Origin: an uncultured Verrucomicrobiota bacterium
Lineage (GTDB): Bacteria > Verrucomicrobiota > Verrucomicrobiia > Limisphaerales > CAZCUL01
NCBI GenBank assembly: GCA_964501475.1
Contig: CAZCUL010000468.1
Coordinates: forward strand, 1 to 30,936
Reading direction: 5' to 3'
DNA length: 30,936 nt
The notes under the pieces: generated by a model
Database searches by the model: none
Told to the model about the DNA's origin: nothing
The model's input: the letters and a program-made list of their open reading frames with translations, nothing else
Shown: in pieces, positions 1-9,667 of the stretch
Layout of the letters: each line of letters starts with the position of its first letter
How positions within the stretch are numbered: the stretch's first letter is position 1
Program-made: the position numbers and the translations under genes

Positions 1-1
1 T

Positions 2-3000
2 TTCCGCAAATATCTGCCCACCGAGACCAACGCCACCACTCGCGTCAGCATGGAATCCTTCGTCACCACCATCGAGGATTACCCCTACCCGTACGTGATC
101 GGCAACGTTTGCTGGGAATTTCCCTGCATGGTTCCGAGCGATTGGGAGGCGCACAATTTGCAGGGCTCGAATCATCCCGAAACTGTCGAGGACTGGAAAG
201 CGGCGCTGGATGCGGTTGTCATCAAGCAAGGGGTCTTCAACCTCGTTTTTCATCCGCATGGATGGATTCGCAGTGATCAGGTGATCGACCTGATCAACCA
301 TGCCGCCGAGAAATACGGTCCAAGCGTGAAGTTTCTCAGCTTTCGCGAGGCACAGGCACGGCTCGACAAGCATCTGCTCCAAGGCAACCCGCTGCGCAAT
401 CGCCACGGGCGGGACAATGGCGTCCGGCTGATCGACCTGAACCAGGACGGCTTTCAAGATGTGGTGATCGGCAATCCGGAAATGCGAAGAACGCGGCTCT
501 GGCTTCCAACGGCGGCGGCATGGGCCGAGGGCGAATTTCCCACCGACCTGGTCAGGGAGAGCAGCGGCGGGAGCCTGATCGACACTGGCGTGCGCTTTGG
601 AGTGCTTGAGAGCAACACCGTCATGCTCGTGCGCCGGCCGGACCTTGCCGGGGCGTGGCGATTTGACGGGCAACGTTGGGCAGCGGACGGAGCCCTGCTG
701 GCCGGGCTCGAGTTGGAAGGGGAACCGGTGTTCACCGCACGGGAAGGCCGTGACCGGGGCGCGCGTTTGCGGGATCTCGATGGCGACGGCCGTTGTGAGT
801 TCATTGTGGCCAACGAAAGCCAGAACGCGGTGTTCGCGTGGTCGCCGGTGGAACGGAGTTGGCGCAAAGCAAAGTATGCGTTGCCGGAGGGCGGACGGAT
901 TGTCGGCGCCGAAGGGCATGATGCGGGCCTGCGGTGGGTGGACCTCAACGAGGACGGTCACGACGATATCCTTTTCTCCAATCCAGAGCGATGCGGAGTG
1001 TATCTCTTCGTTCCAAAGCCGGTACCGCATCTGGGCTGGGAACGGGGCTGGACCCGGGAAATCCGAAGCGGCAAAGCGGGCGAGGACCGGGCCATCCCGC
1101 AGATCGTGCGCGAAGGTCCGCATCGGAATAACGGCGTCTGGTTCCACTCACGGCGCCTCTGGATGCAAAACGAGGACACCGCCCATCTGCCGGACAAGGT
1201 GGACCGGCGTTCATTTGCGGAACTGCTGACGTTTGAAGCGCCGCCGGCGCGAACGCCCGAGGAATCGTTGAAAGCGCTTCAGGTGCGCCCGGGATTCAAA
1301 GTGGAGTTGGCCGCATCCGAGCCGCTGGTGATGGATCCCGTGGCTTTTGACTGGGGCGCAGACGGCAGGCTTTGGATTGTGGAGATGCGCGATTACCCGA
1401 GCGGGCTGGACGGGCGGGGCAAGCCGGGCGGCCGAGTACGCTTTCTTGAGGATCGGGATGGCGATGGCCGCTACGAGGAATCGACCATCTTCCTGGATGA
1501 CATCAACTTTCCTACCGGCCTGATGCCATGGCGTGAAGGAATTCTGGTAAGCGCCGCGCCGGACATTTTTTACGCCGAAGACACCAACGGAGACGGCAAA
1601 GCTGACAAGCGAGTTGTGCTTTTCAGCGGTTTCAACGAAGGCAACCAGCAGCATCGTGTGAATGGATTTGAGCTTGGTCTCGATGGGTGGGTTTACGGAG
1701 CCAACGGCGACAGCGGCGGGAATATCCACAGTGTGGGCGCGGTCAAGGCCCGCGATCCGGAGCGCACGAATGCCCCGCCCATCGACCTGCGCGGGCACGA
1801 TTTCCGATTCCGCCCGGACGAAGGCGTTTTCGAGACCGTGGAAGGCCAGACGCAGTTTGGGCGGCACCGGGACGATTGGGGGAACTGGTTTGGGAACAAC
1901 AACCCGGCCTGGCTTTGGCATTATTGGATTCCGGAACAATATCTCCGACGGAACCCGCATCTGGCCCTTCGCAGCACCAAGGAATCCCTGGCCAATTACC
2001 CCGGCAATACGCGCGTGTTTGCCGTGAGCCAGCCGCTGGCGCGCTTCAATTGGCCGGGGCTGCTCAACATCCTCACTTCAGCAAACAGCCCCACGCCTTA
2101 TCGTGACGAACTTTTCGGGCCGGACTTCGCCTCGACTATTTTCATCAGCGAGCCCGCCAACAACCTCGTTCACCGCGAGGTGCTCGATCCGTCCGGCGTC
2201 ACGTTTACGAGCCGCCGCGCCTTGGACGAACAGGACCGCGAGTTCCTGGCGTCCGCCGACAACTGGTTTCGACCCACAATGCTCAAGACCGGCCCGGACG
2301 GCGCGCTTTATATAGCGGACATGTACCGCCTGGCAATCGAGCATCTCGAATACGCCCTGCCGGGGATGGAAAAGCAGATTGATGTTCGCGCCGGCGACGA
2401 TAAAGGGCGCCTCTACCGCGTCTATCCCGAGGCGGCTTCGCCTCGCGAGATTCGCCGCCTCGACCAGCTTGGTCCGGTGGAACTGGTGGCGGCTCTGGAC
2501 AGCCCCAACGGCTGGCAACGGGATACCGCGCAGCGCCTGTTGCTGCACGCGCGCGACCGGCGGGCGATTGATCCATTGGCGAACCTGTTCCGAACGACGC
2601 GGAATGCGAAGGCGCGCGTGCAGGCCCTTTGGACGCTTGCCGATCTGGGCGGATTGGATGCCGGCTTGTTGGATGAAGCTTTGAAGGATGCCCATCCCAT
2701 CGTGCGCGAGCATGCCGTGCGTTTGAGCGAACCGTTCGCCCAGCCGCCTCCACCTTTGGCGGGCACGCTGTCGCGTCTGGTGAATGATCCGGAAATCCGC
2801 GTTCGCTACCAGCTTGCCTTCAGCCTGGGCGAGCGCGGCGACGAAGGCGCGGGGCATGCACTGGCGGCATTGGCATTGAGAGATGCCGCTCTTCCGCAAA
2901 TGCGAACAGCCATCATGACTTCCGCGCCGAAGCATTGCGCGACGATGTTGGATGCGTTGGTCCGGCAGCACGCCGCCCGCCCGGAGGCAGTCGATCTGCT

Positions 3001-4099
3001 CGACCAAGTGCTCGCCCTGGCCGTCGCCACCAAGCAGGACGAGTCTGTTTTGCGAGCTCTCCACCAGATTGGGCGCCCGCGCAATCGGACCTTCGCCGCC
3101 TGGCAATTCGAATCACTGGCCGGTTTCCTCGAAGCGCTCGATCGACGCGGCGACTCATTCTCGAAATTTAAACTGCGCATGCAGCCTCAGTGGCAAACAA
3201 CCGTCGAGCAGATCGATCGCGCCTTTGCCGCGGCCGGAAGAGTCGCAGGGAACTCAAGGGCCCCCGAACAAGAGCGGATCGCGGCCATTGGCTTGATGGG
3301 ACACCAGGAGGAAAGTCCGGAACAAAGCTGGCGAATGCTGGGCGACTTGCTCACGGCAAAGGAGCCGCTGGCGATTCAACAAGCCGCCTTGCGGGCCTTA
3401 AGCCGGGCGAAAGACGAGGGCGCGGCCGAGATGGTTTTGGCTCATTGGCGTCAGGTCGGCCCCGGACTGCGAAATCAGGTCCTGGGCGCCTTGCTCAGCC
3501 GTCCGGCCTGGGCCACACGCCTGCTGCGCGCGCTCGAAGCAGGAGAGATTCTGCGCCCCGAGCTTGGACCGGCCCAACAACAAAGGCTTCTTCAGCATTC
3601 GTTGGAAACCATCCGCAAACAAGCCGCCAGAATCCTGGGCGGAGTCGCTGCGGACCGACAGCAGATTCTCAAGGATTACCGGCACGTGCCGCAGTTGAAG
3701 GGGGATGCGGAGAACGGTGCGGCAATTTTTCGACAACAATGCGCGTCGTGCCACCGGTTCCGAAATGAAGGGACAACGCTGGGGCCGGATTTGGGCTCGC
3801 TCTCGGACAAGTCCGTGGAGGCGTTGTTGGTGGGCATCCTCGATCCAAACCGGTCTGTCGAAGAGACGTTTGTGAGCTATTCGGCCACGACCCGCGATGG
3901 GCGCGACTTAAGCGGGATCATCACTGCCGAAACGGCCAACAGCATCACTCTTCGGACCGCAGGCGGAATGGAGGAAATTATTTTGCGGAGCGAGGTGAAA
4001 GAGGTAAAGAGCGGCGGGTTGTCTCTCATGCCCGAAGGATTGGAAAAGGCGATTCCCCCGCAAGGCATGGCGGATTTGATCCGCTACTTGCAGAATTGA
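2..4099 (+). CDS. 5'-truncated multidomain protein: polysaccharide-deacetylase-like segment, FG-GAP/VCBS repeats, PVC-type membrane-bound dehydrogenase (glucose/sorbosone dehydrogenase-like propeller), HEAT repeats and C-terminal c-type cytochrome
   Basis: The frame is open from base 2 (FRKYLPTETNATTRVS precedes the Met at 50), so the gene starts left of the window. Motifs: VFNLVFHPHGW...KFLSF (CE4-like end); DLNQDGFQD, DLDGDGRCE and DLNEDGHDD Ca-binding repeats; PEESLKALQVRPGFKVELAASEPLVMDPVAFDWGADGRLWIVEMRDYP and WFRPTMLKTGPDGALYIADMY (PVC dehydrogenase family); VREHAVRLSE/VRYQLAFSLG HEAT-like repeats; CASCH heme motif at 3740-3754 followed by GPDL and SLMPEGLE. Confidence 0.85.
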   Translation, partial: FRKYLPTETNATTRVSMESFVTTIEDYPYPYVIGNVCWEFPCMVPSDWEAHNLQGSNHPETVEDWKAALDAVVIKQGVFNLVFHPHGWIRSDQVIDLINHAAEKYGPSVKFLSFREAQARLDKHLLQGNPLRNRHGRDNGVRLIDLNQDGFQDVVIGNPEMRRTRLWLPTAAAWAEGEFPTDLVRESSGGSLIDTGVRFGVLESNTVMLVRRPDLAGAWRFDGQRWAADGALLAGLELEGEPVFTAREGRDRGARLRDLDGDGRCEFIVANESQNAVFAWSPVERSWRKAKYALPEGGRIVGAEGHDAGLRWVDLNEDGHDDILFSNPERCGVYLFVPKPVPHLGWERGWTREIRSGKAGEDRAIPQIVREGPHRNNGVWFHSRRLWMQNEDTAHLPDKVDRRSFAELLTFEAPPARTPEESLKALQVRPGFKVELAASEPLVMDPVAFDWGADGRLWIVEMRDYPSGLDGRGKPGGRVRFLEDRDGDGRYEESTIFLDDINFPTGLMPWREGILVSAAPDIFYAEDTNGDGKADKRVVLFSGFNEGNQQHRVNGFELGLDGWVYGANGDSGGNIHSVGAVKARDPERTNAPPIDLRGHDFRFRPDEGVFETVEGQTQFGRHRDDWGNWFGNNNPAWLWHYWIPEQYLRRNPHLALRSTKESLANYPGNTRVFAVSQPLARFNWPGLLNILTSANSPTPYRDELFGPDFASTIFISEPANNLVHREVLDPSGVTFTSRRALDEQDREFLASADNWFRPTMLKTGPDGALYIADMYRLAIEHLEYALPGMEKQIDVRAGDDKGRLYRVYPEAASPREIRRLDQLGPVELVAALDSPNGWQRDTAQRLLLHARDRRAIDPLANLFRTTRNAKARVQALWTLADLGGLDAGLLDEALKDAHPIVREHAVRLSEPFAQPPPPLAGTLSRLVNDPEIRVRYQLAFSLGERGDEGAGHALAALALRDAALPQMRTAIMTSAPKHCATMLDALVRQHAARPEAVDLLDQVLALAVATKQDESVLRALHQIGRPRNRTFAAWQFESLAGFLEALDRRGDSFSKFKLRMQPQWQTTVEQIDRAFAAAGRVAGNSRAPEQERIAAIGLMGHQEESPEQSWRMLGDLLTAKEPLAIQQAALRALSRAKDEGAAEMVLAHWRQVGPGLRNQVLGALLSRPAWATRLLRALEAGEILRPELGPAQQQRLLQHSLETIRKQAARILGGVAADRQQILKDYRHVPQLKGDAENGAAIFRQQCASCHRFRNEGTTLGPDLGSLSDKSVEALLVGILDPNRSVEETFVSYSATTRDGRDLSGIITAETANSITLRTAGGMEEIILRSEVKEVKSGGLSLMPEGLEKAIPPQGMADLIRYLQN

Positions 4100-4359
4100 A
4101 TTCTTTGCGGCCGCCTCGGAACCGCTTCATGGAAGCGAAGCGCTTCACCCCTTTGGCCCAGTCGCGCCACCCCTTATCTTAAGCCGGAGCGCGGCTCCTC
4201 ACCCGCAGCAGATGAGAAGCGCGATGACGCGGGAGAATCTCCCAGGGACCTGTCGAGCTCGTTCGTGCTGCGGCTGGAGACAGCCGCGCTCCGCAAAATG
4301 AGAATTGCTTCGCCACCCCGCTTGTTCCATATGGCGGCGTCGGACACGCTACAAAAGCC

Positions 4360-4387
4360 TTGTCAAGGCGGTCCGGCCCGATACGCT
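4360..4387 (+). promoter_or_regulatory. Putative sigma70-type promoter for tpsA-tpsB, with its -35 inside a short palindrome
   Basis: TTGTCA (4360-4365), 16 nt spacer, TACGCT (4382-4387), then 17 nt to the ATG at 4405. The -35 lies within GCCTTG-T-CAAGGC (4357-4369). Motif match only. Confidence 0.4.
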
Positions 4388-4404
4388 CCCGTCAGGCGAC
4401 CCCA

Positions 4405-7400
4405 ATGAACCCAAGCAGCCTCAACCGGGCTTTTGTTGTCTGCGCTGTCCATGCCTGCCTGCTGAATGCCGGCTACTCGCAGGTGATGTTGGATGGTTCC
4501 CTGGGGCCAGGCGGCCCGCTCGCCGGGCCGGACTATCAAATCGGCGCCGATCTCGGCCGTCAAATCGGGCCAAACCTTTTCCACAGTTTCAGCGAATTCA
4601 ATTTGGTCAATGGGGACGTCGCCAACTTCTCCGGGCCCGCCGAAATCGGGAACATCCTTGCACGGGTCACCGGCGGGAACGCCTCATCCATTGATGGGAC
4701 GCTCCGGTCCGACGTAACGGGAGCCAATTTGTTTTTGATCAACCCGGCCGGCGTCATGTTCGGCCAAAACGCCAGCCTGGATATCAGCGGCTCATTCGTG
4801 GTGACCACAGCCGATTATCTGCGTTTGGCAGACGGCGGCAGATTTGAGGCGCTGGAACCTTCAGCAAGCCTGCTCAGTGCGGCGCCTCCGGACGCATTCG
4901 GGTTCCTGGACAATGCCATCAACGCCATTGAATTGAATCGCGCCCAACTCCAGCTTACCGACGGCCAGTCAGTCTCTCTCGTGGGCGGCGAGGTGTCGAT
5001 GGGTCTGCTTTCGCGCCTTACGGCGCCAGCGGGGCGTGTGGCCATCACCAGTGTCGGTTCCGCAGGCGAGGTCGAAGGGATATTCGACCCGGAACCGACC
5101 TCGGCTGCACTTGGAGGAACGGTCACGCTGGGAGCGCTTTCAAGCATCAATACGGGAGCGGCGCAGGCAGATCAATCGGGGGGCGCGGTATTGATCCGGG
5201 CCGGGCGCCTGGTAATGGAGGATGCGGCGACTATCCGTTCCCATACCAGCGGCAGCGCGGACGGAGGCGAGGTCAGCATCCAGGCTGCGGAGGAGATCCT
5301 CCTCACCGAGGCCGGTCGAATTCTTACTTCCACATCCGGGGCTGGCAACGGCGGGAACATTCGGCTGAGCGCGCCCACCGTTCGGCTGGATGGGGGCGCT
5401 TCACAAGTGGCCCAGGTGGATTCGACCATTAGCGGTCCTGAGGCCACGGGAAGAGGCGGCACCATTACGGTGCAAGCCGACCGGTTGGAATGCTTCCGAG
5501 GCGGGCTCTTCAGCACTCTGACTTCTTCTCCCGGAGCCGGCGGGGACATCGAAGTGCAAGCGAGGGAGATTGTTTTTGACGGCGAGGACATCTTTTTGAC
5601 AGGCCTCGTTGCGGAGACTGACACGGATAGCGGCCCGGTCGGCAGTATATCCGTTACGACGGAACGCCTGGAGATCGGTCCCGGCGGGATCATCACTGCG
5701 ACGACATTTGGCCCTGGCCAGGGGGGGACTATCTCGATTCATGCGAATCAGATCATTTTGGACGCGCGGGGCAACGAAGCGGACCCTGCCGCCATTGTTG
5801 CCCAGGTCGGAGGGGATGGGCCGGGCGGGGCGATTCAGATCGAAACCGAGACGCTGGATTTGCTGGCGGGCGGGCAGATCAGCACTTCGACATTTGGTTC
5901 GGGCAATGGCGGACGACTCGATATCCAAGCCCAGCGCATTTCCATGGATGGGCTCGGAACAGGAATTCCAACCGGGCTCGCCTCCCAAACTGAATCCGAA
6001 GGAGGCGGCGGCAACATCGCGATCGATACCGGAGAGCTCATCATTGCGGACGGGGCGGGCATCTCGACATCCACCTTTGGCCCGGGCGATGCCGGGAACA
6101 TTTCCATACTGGCAAATGAAACGCTTATCGCCGGGCAGGGAATCCAAACCTTTACGGGGATTGCCGCGACCGCTGAACCCGGCTCCAGCGGCAATGGCGG
6201 AAACGTCTCTCTCGAATCGGAAACGGTAACAATCATCGATGTGGGTCACATCCTGACGACGACCGCGGGCTTTGGCTCGGGCGGAAACATTCTCCTCGAT
6301 GCTGAATCGCTTTCGCTCGATCGGGGCGGGTTCATTTCCGCGGAAACCTTCAGCTCCGGTCACGCCGGGAACATCGAGGTTGCGGCCGATGAAATCGATT
6401 TGAACCAGGGCGGATTGATCACCGCCACCACGTTGGGAAGCGGCGACGGAGGGAGCGTGAGTATTCGCGCCGCCATGATCCATATGGACGATTTGGGAAT
6501 GGGATTGCGCACCGGCATCGAAGCGCGCGCCCTGGACTTCTTCGGCGACGGGCGGGCGGGCGATGTCAGCGTCTCTGCCGAAGTCCTGCGCATGTTCGAG
6601 GGCGCCTCCATTTCCACGATCACGATTGGTCCGAAGAGCGCGGGCAACATCGACGTTTCAGCCGGTGAGATATTGCTCGACGGCCGTGGGACGGACACCC
6701 GGATCAGTGCTTCGACATTCTCCGAGGGGGCCGGCGGAGACATTAGTTTGGAAGTCGAGCGGCTGAATTTGCGTGACGGTGGGAACCTCACTACGGCGAC
6801 TCTCGCCGAGGGCAACGCCGGAAATATCGCGATCACAGGTCCCAACGGCGGCCTGGCAGAAGCGATTCTGCTTGATGGCGCCCTGGCTCCAGCGGCGATT
6901 CAGGCTACGTCCGGGTTTTCGAGCGGCCAGGGCGGCAACATCACTATAGGAAGCGCCGGAATAGAAGTGGTCAATGAAGGGTCGATTGTGGCTTCAACCC
7001 AAGGTGCGGGCCAGGGCGGGAATATTTCGATCACGGCAAATCGGTTCCGCCTGGATCAGGGTTCGCTGCTCAGCGCCAGCACCGGTTTCGGTTCCGGCCA
7101 GGGCGGTACGATCCGGGTGGATGGGGGAGCGAGCGTAAGCCTGGCCAATGGCAGCAGCATCAGTTCGGGCACTTTGGGAGAAGGGTTGGCCGGGACCATC
7201 ATTTTCGACATCTCGAGTTTGTCATTGGACGGGTCGGCCACCGTCGAGTCAGGGAGTCTCGGCTCAGGTTCGGCTGGAAGTTTGCAAATCGATGCTTCGG
7301 GCTCCGTTTCGTTGCGCGACCAGTCCCTGCTGAGCACCAGCTCGTTCTTCTCGGATGGCGGCGACATCACGGTCACGGCAGGGCGGAGCATCGAGTTGAG

Positions 7401-7908
7401 GTCCAGCAGCATCTCCGCTCAAGCAGCTTTGGATGGGGGAAACGTTCATTTGCAGGCGCCGCGGCTTGTTTACCTGTTTGGCAGCCAGATCACCGCGGAA
7501 GCCGGTAACAACGGAGGCAACATCACGATTGATCCCACCTTCGTGGTTCTGGACCACAGCCTCATCAACGCCAATGCGATCTTCGGCAACGGGGGGAACA
7601 TCAATATCATCTCGGATTTCTTTTTGCAGAACGACAGCGTCATTACCGCTTCCTCCGAATTCGGTTTTGCCGGCAGCGTGGACATCACCGCGCCGGACGT
7701 GGACCTGAGCGGAAGTTTGACGCCGCTGGCGGTGGTGCTGCTCAGCGGCGCATCGCAGTTGCCCGAACATTGCGCCCGCATGGTGCCGGGCGACGTCAGC
7801 AGCTTTATTGTGCTGGGCCGCGGCGGGCTGCCCATCGTCCCCGGGGGATGGTTGCCCAGTTTTGGCGCGACTCCTCCGAGAAAGGAGAAGCAGGCGGATG
7901 GCTGGTAA
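4405..7908 (+). CDS. Filamentous haemagglutinin-like two-partner secretion exoprotein (TpsA): TPS domain plus beta-helix repeats, about 1167 aa
   Basis: Sec signal MNPSSLNRAFVVCAVHACLLNAGYS|QV, which favours the ATG at 4405 over the track start at 4360. Haemagglutination-activity/TPS domain motifs NLFHSFSEFNL, ILARVTGGNASSIDG and LFLINPAGVMFG. More than 20 Gly-rich repeats of the type I(S/T)xxTxGxGxGGxIxIxA. Adjacent to a TpsB gene. Confidence 0.92.
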   Translation: MNPSSLNRAFVVCAVHACLLNAGYSQVMLDGSLGPGGPLAGPDYQIGADLGRQIGPNLFHSFSEFNLVNGDVANFSGPAEIGNILARVTGGNASSIDGTLRSDVTGANLFLINPAGVMFGQNASLDISGSFVVTTADYLRLADGGRFEALEPSASLLSAAPPDAFGFLDNAINAIELNRAQLQLTDGQSVSLVGGEVSMGLLSRLTAPAGRVAITSVGSAGEVEGIFDPEPTSAALGGTVTLGALSSINTGAAQADQSGGAVLIRAGRLVMEDAATIRSHTSGSADGGEVSIQAAEEILLTEAGRILTSTSGAGNGGNIRLSAPTVRLDGGASQVAQVDSTISGPEATGRGGTITVQADRLECFRGGLFSTLTSSPGAGGDIEVQAREIVFDGEDIFLTGLVAETDTDSGPVGSISVTTERLEIGPGGIITATTFGPGQGGTISIHANQIILDARGNEADPAAIVAQVGGDGPGGAIQIETETLDLLAGGQISTSTFGSGNGGRLDIQAQRISMDGLGTGIPTGLASQTESEGGGGNIAIDTGELIIADGAGISTSTFGPGDAGNISILANETLIAGQGIQTFTGIAATAEPGSSGNGGNVSLESETVTIIDVGHILTTTAGFGSGGNILLDAESLSLDRGGFISAETFSSGHAGNIEVAADEIDLNQGGLITATTLGSGDGGSVSIRAAMIHMDDLGMGLRTGIEARALDFFGDGRAGDVSVSAEVLRMFEGASISTITIGPKSAGNIDVSAGEILLDGRGTDTRISASTFSEGAGGDISLEVERLNLRDGGNLTTATLAEGNAGNIAITGPNGGLAEAILLDGALAPAAIQATSGFSSGQGGNITIGSAGIEVVNEGSIVASTQGAGQGGNISITANRFRLDQGSLLSASTGFGSGQGGTIRVDGGASVSLANGSSISSGTLGEGLAGTIIFDISSLSLDGSATVESGSLGSGSAGSLQIDASGSVSLRDQSLLSTSSFFSDGGDITVTAGRSIELRSSSISAQAALDGGNVHLQAPRLVYLFGSQITAEAGNNGGNITIDPTFVVLDHSLINANAIFGNGGNINIISDFFLQNDSVITASSEFGFAGSVDITAPDVDLSGSLTPLAVVLLSGASQLPEHCARMVPGDVSSFIVLGRGGLPIVPGGWLPSFGATPPRKEKQADGW

Positions 7909-9667
7909 AGCCAGGGGCGGATTCGGGCGTCTCTTCAGGCCAGGCAGCCGGTATGCCGAGGTCCATCTCTTCTTCAGCGGAAGAAAAATCAGAGCCTTCT
8001 TACGCCGGCCGCCACCATTCCTGGGATGGAGTGGAGACGCGCATCTCCGGTTCTGGCTGGCATTGCTTCTTTCTCTTGCAACAGTCGGTGTCTTCGCGCA
8101 GGAGAAACCGCCTGCGGCGGCGCCGCAAGCGGCCCGGCAAGAGCAAAAGCTATCCGACGCGCCGCGCGTCGTGGTGCGCGAATTTCGTTTCGAGGGAAAC
8201 ACCGTGTTCACCGGCGCGGAACTGGCCGATGTGGTCGCCTCTTACCTGAACCGCCCCATCCAGACCGAAGACCTCGAAGAAGCGCGCCGCGCCTTGACGC
8301 TGCACTATGTCAACCGCGGCTACATCAACTCGGGCGCGCTTCTGGAGGATCAACCGGTGGCGGACGGTATCATCACGTTTAGGATTGTGGAAGGACGGCT
8401 CGACGAAGTTCAGGTGGAAGGCAACCGCTGGTTGCGTGACAGCTATATCCGGCCGCGCATTCGCCGCGGAGCCGGGCCGCCCTTGAACATGCGCAGCCTC
8501 AGTCAGGAATTGCTGCTCTTGAAAGAGAATCCCACGATCAAAAGCGTGAACGCAGAGTTGCGGCCCGGCCCGGAACGCGGCAGCAGCTTGCTGGACGTGA
8601 AAGTCACGGAGGAGCTTCCCTTCAGGCTCGGCTTTCAAGTCCGCAACGATCGCCCGCCCAGCGTGGGCGCGGAGTTGTTCGAGCTGCTGGCTGCGCATCA
8701 AAGTGTCCTGGGTTACAGCGACGCGCTCTCGTTGCAATACGGAATTCTTCAGCGCAGCGATAACGGCGCCGAGTTCTCGGAGCTGGACAACCTGGCGGTC
8801 AGTTACGCCGTGCCGGTGACGCCGCGGGATACCACTCTCCAGCTTTTTTATTCGCGCAATAACTATGCGGTCATCGAGGAGCCGTTCGACCAGTTGGATA
8901 TTACGAGCGAATCGACGACTTACGGCGTGAGCATCCGCCAACCGGTTTTCAAATCGACCCGGCGCCAGATCAACCTGGGGCTGTCGGGAGAACGCCGGCA
9001 GAGCAAGACGTTTTTGTTCGACGAGCCCTTCTCGTTTTCGCCGGGAGCGGTGGAGGGCGAATCGACCGTGAGCGTGCTTCGTCTGGTGGCGGAATGGATT
9101 GAACGGAGCCAAAAGCAGGTGATTGCATTTCGTTCCACCGCCAGCGTGGGCGTTGACGTGTTGGACAGCACCGATAATGGCACCTCTCGCGATGGAAAAT
9201 TCTTCTCCTGGCAAAGCCAGGGGCAATATGTGCGGCGCCTCTTTGGCACTTCAGCGGAATTGATCCTGAGCGCGACCGGCCAGTGGGCCAATGACCCGCT
9301 CCTCTCACTCGAGCAATTCAGCATCGGCGGTCTCAACACCGTGCGCGGTTACCGGGAGAACCAGATTGTGCGCGACACGGGCGTGGTTGGATCGGCCGAA
9401 GTGCGTGTCCCGATCTTCAAAGGGCGGGCTGGGAATCCCATCCTGCAGATCGCGCCCTTCTTCGATTACGGGATCGGTTGGAATGTCGATAGTCCGACGC
9501 CGGATCCATCGGACATTGCCAGCGCCGGCCTCGGGCTGCTCTTCGCTCCGACAAAAAAGATTCAAGGCCGTATCTACTGGGGCTACGCCTTCCGCGACTT
9601 CGACACCGACGACGAAGACCTCCAGGATCACGGCATCCACTTCAAGCTCTCGGCGTTCATCTTTTAG
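7898..9667 (+). CDS. ShlB/FhaC/HecB-family outer-membrane transporter (TpsB, Omp85 superfamily)
   Basis: POTRA-like VVVREFRFEGNTVF...LTLHYVNRGYINSGA...ITFRIVEGRLDEVQVEGN; barrel loop motif FSIGGLNTVRGY; terminal Phe. I chose the in-frame ATG at 7898 because AGGAG lies 10 nt upstream; it overlaps the tpsA end by 11 nt. The exact start is uncertain. Confidence 0.93.
   Translation: MAGKARGGFGRLFRPGSRYAEVHLFFSGRKIRAFLRRPPPFLGWSGDAHLRFWLALLLSLATVGVFAQEKPPAAAPQAARQEQKLSDAPRVVVREFRFEGNTVFTGAELADVVASYLNRPIQTEDLEEARRALTLHYVNRGYINSGALLEDQPVADGIITFRIVEGRLDEVQVEGNRWLRDSYIRPRIRRGAGPPLNMRSLSQELLLLKENPTIKSVNAELRPGPERGSSLLDVKVTEELPFRLGFQVRNDRPPSVGAELFELLAAHQSVLGYSDALSLQYGILQRSDNGAEFSELDNLAVSYAVPVTPRDTTLQLFYSRNNYAVIEEPFDQLDITSESTTYGVSIRQPVFKSTRRQINLGLSGERRQSKTFLFDEPFSFSPGAVEGESTVSVLRLVAEWIERSQKQVIAFRSTASVGVDVLDSTDNGTSRDGKFFSWQSQGQYVRRLFGTSAELILSATGQWANDPLLSLEQFSIGGLNTVRGYRENQIVRDTGVVGSAEVRVPIFKGRAGNPILQIAPFFDYGIGWNVDSPTPDPSDIASAGLGLLFAPTKKIQGRIYWGYAFRDFDTDDEDLQDHGIHFKLSAFIF

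Noticed and set aside
2078-9226. Long - strand ORFs at 2078-3106, 5401-6483, 7264-8211 and 8150-9226
   Set aside because: They lie antisense to well-supported genes (PVC dehydrogenase, tpsA, tpsB) and have no recognisable domains.
4405-9667. Contact-dependent inhibition (CdiAB) toxin system
   Set aside because: TpsA is short, has no VENN/pre-toxin or toxin domain, and is followed directly by tpsB with no immunity ORF.
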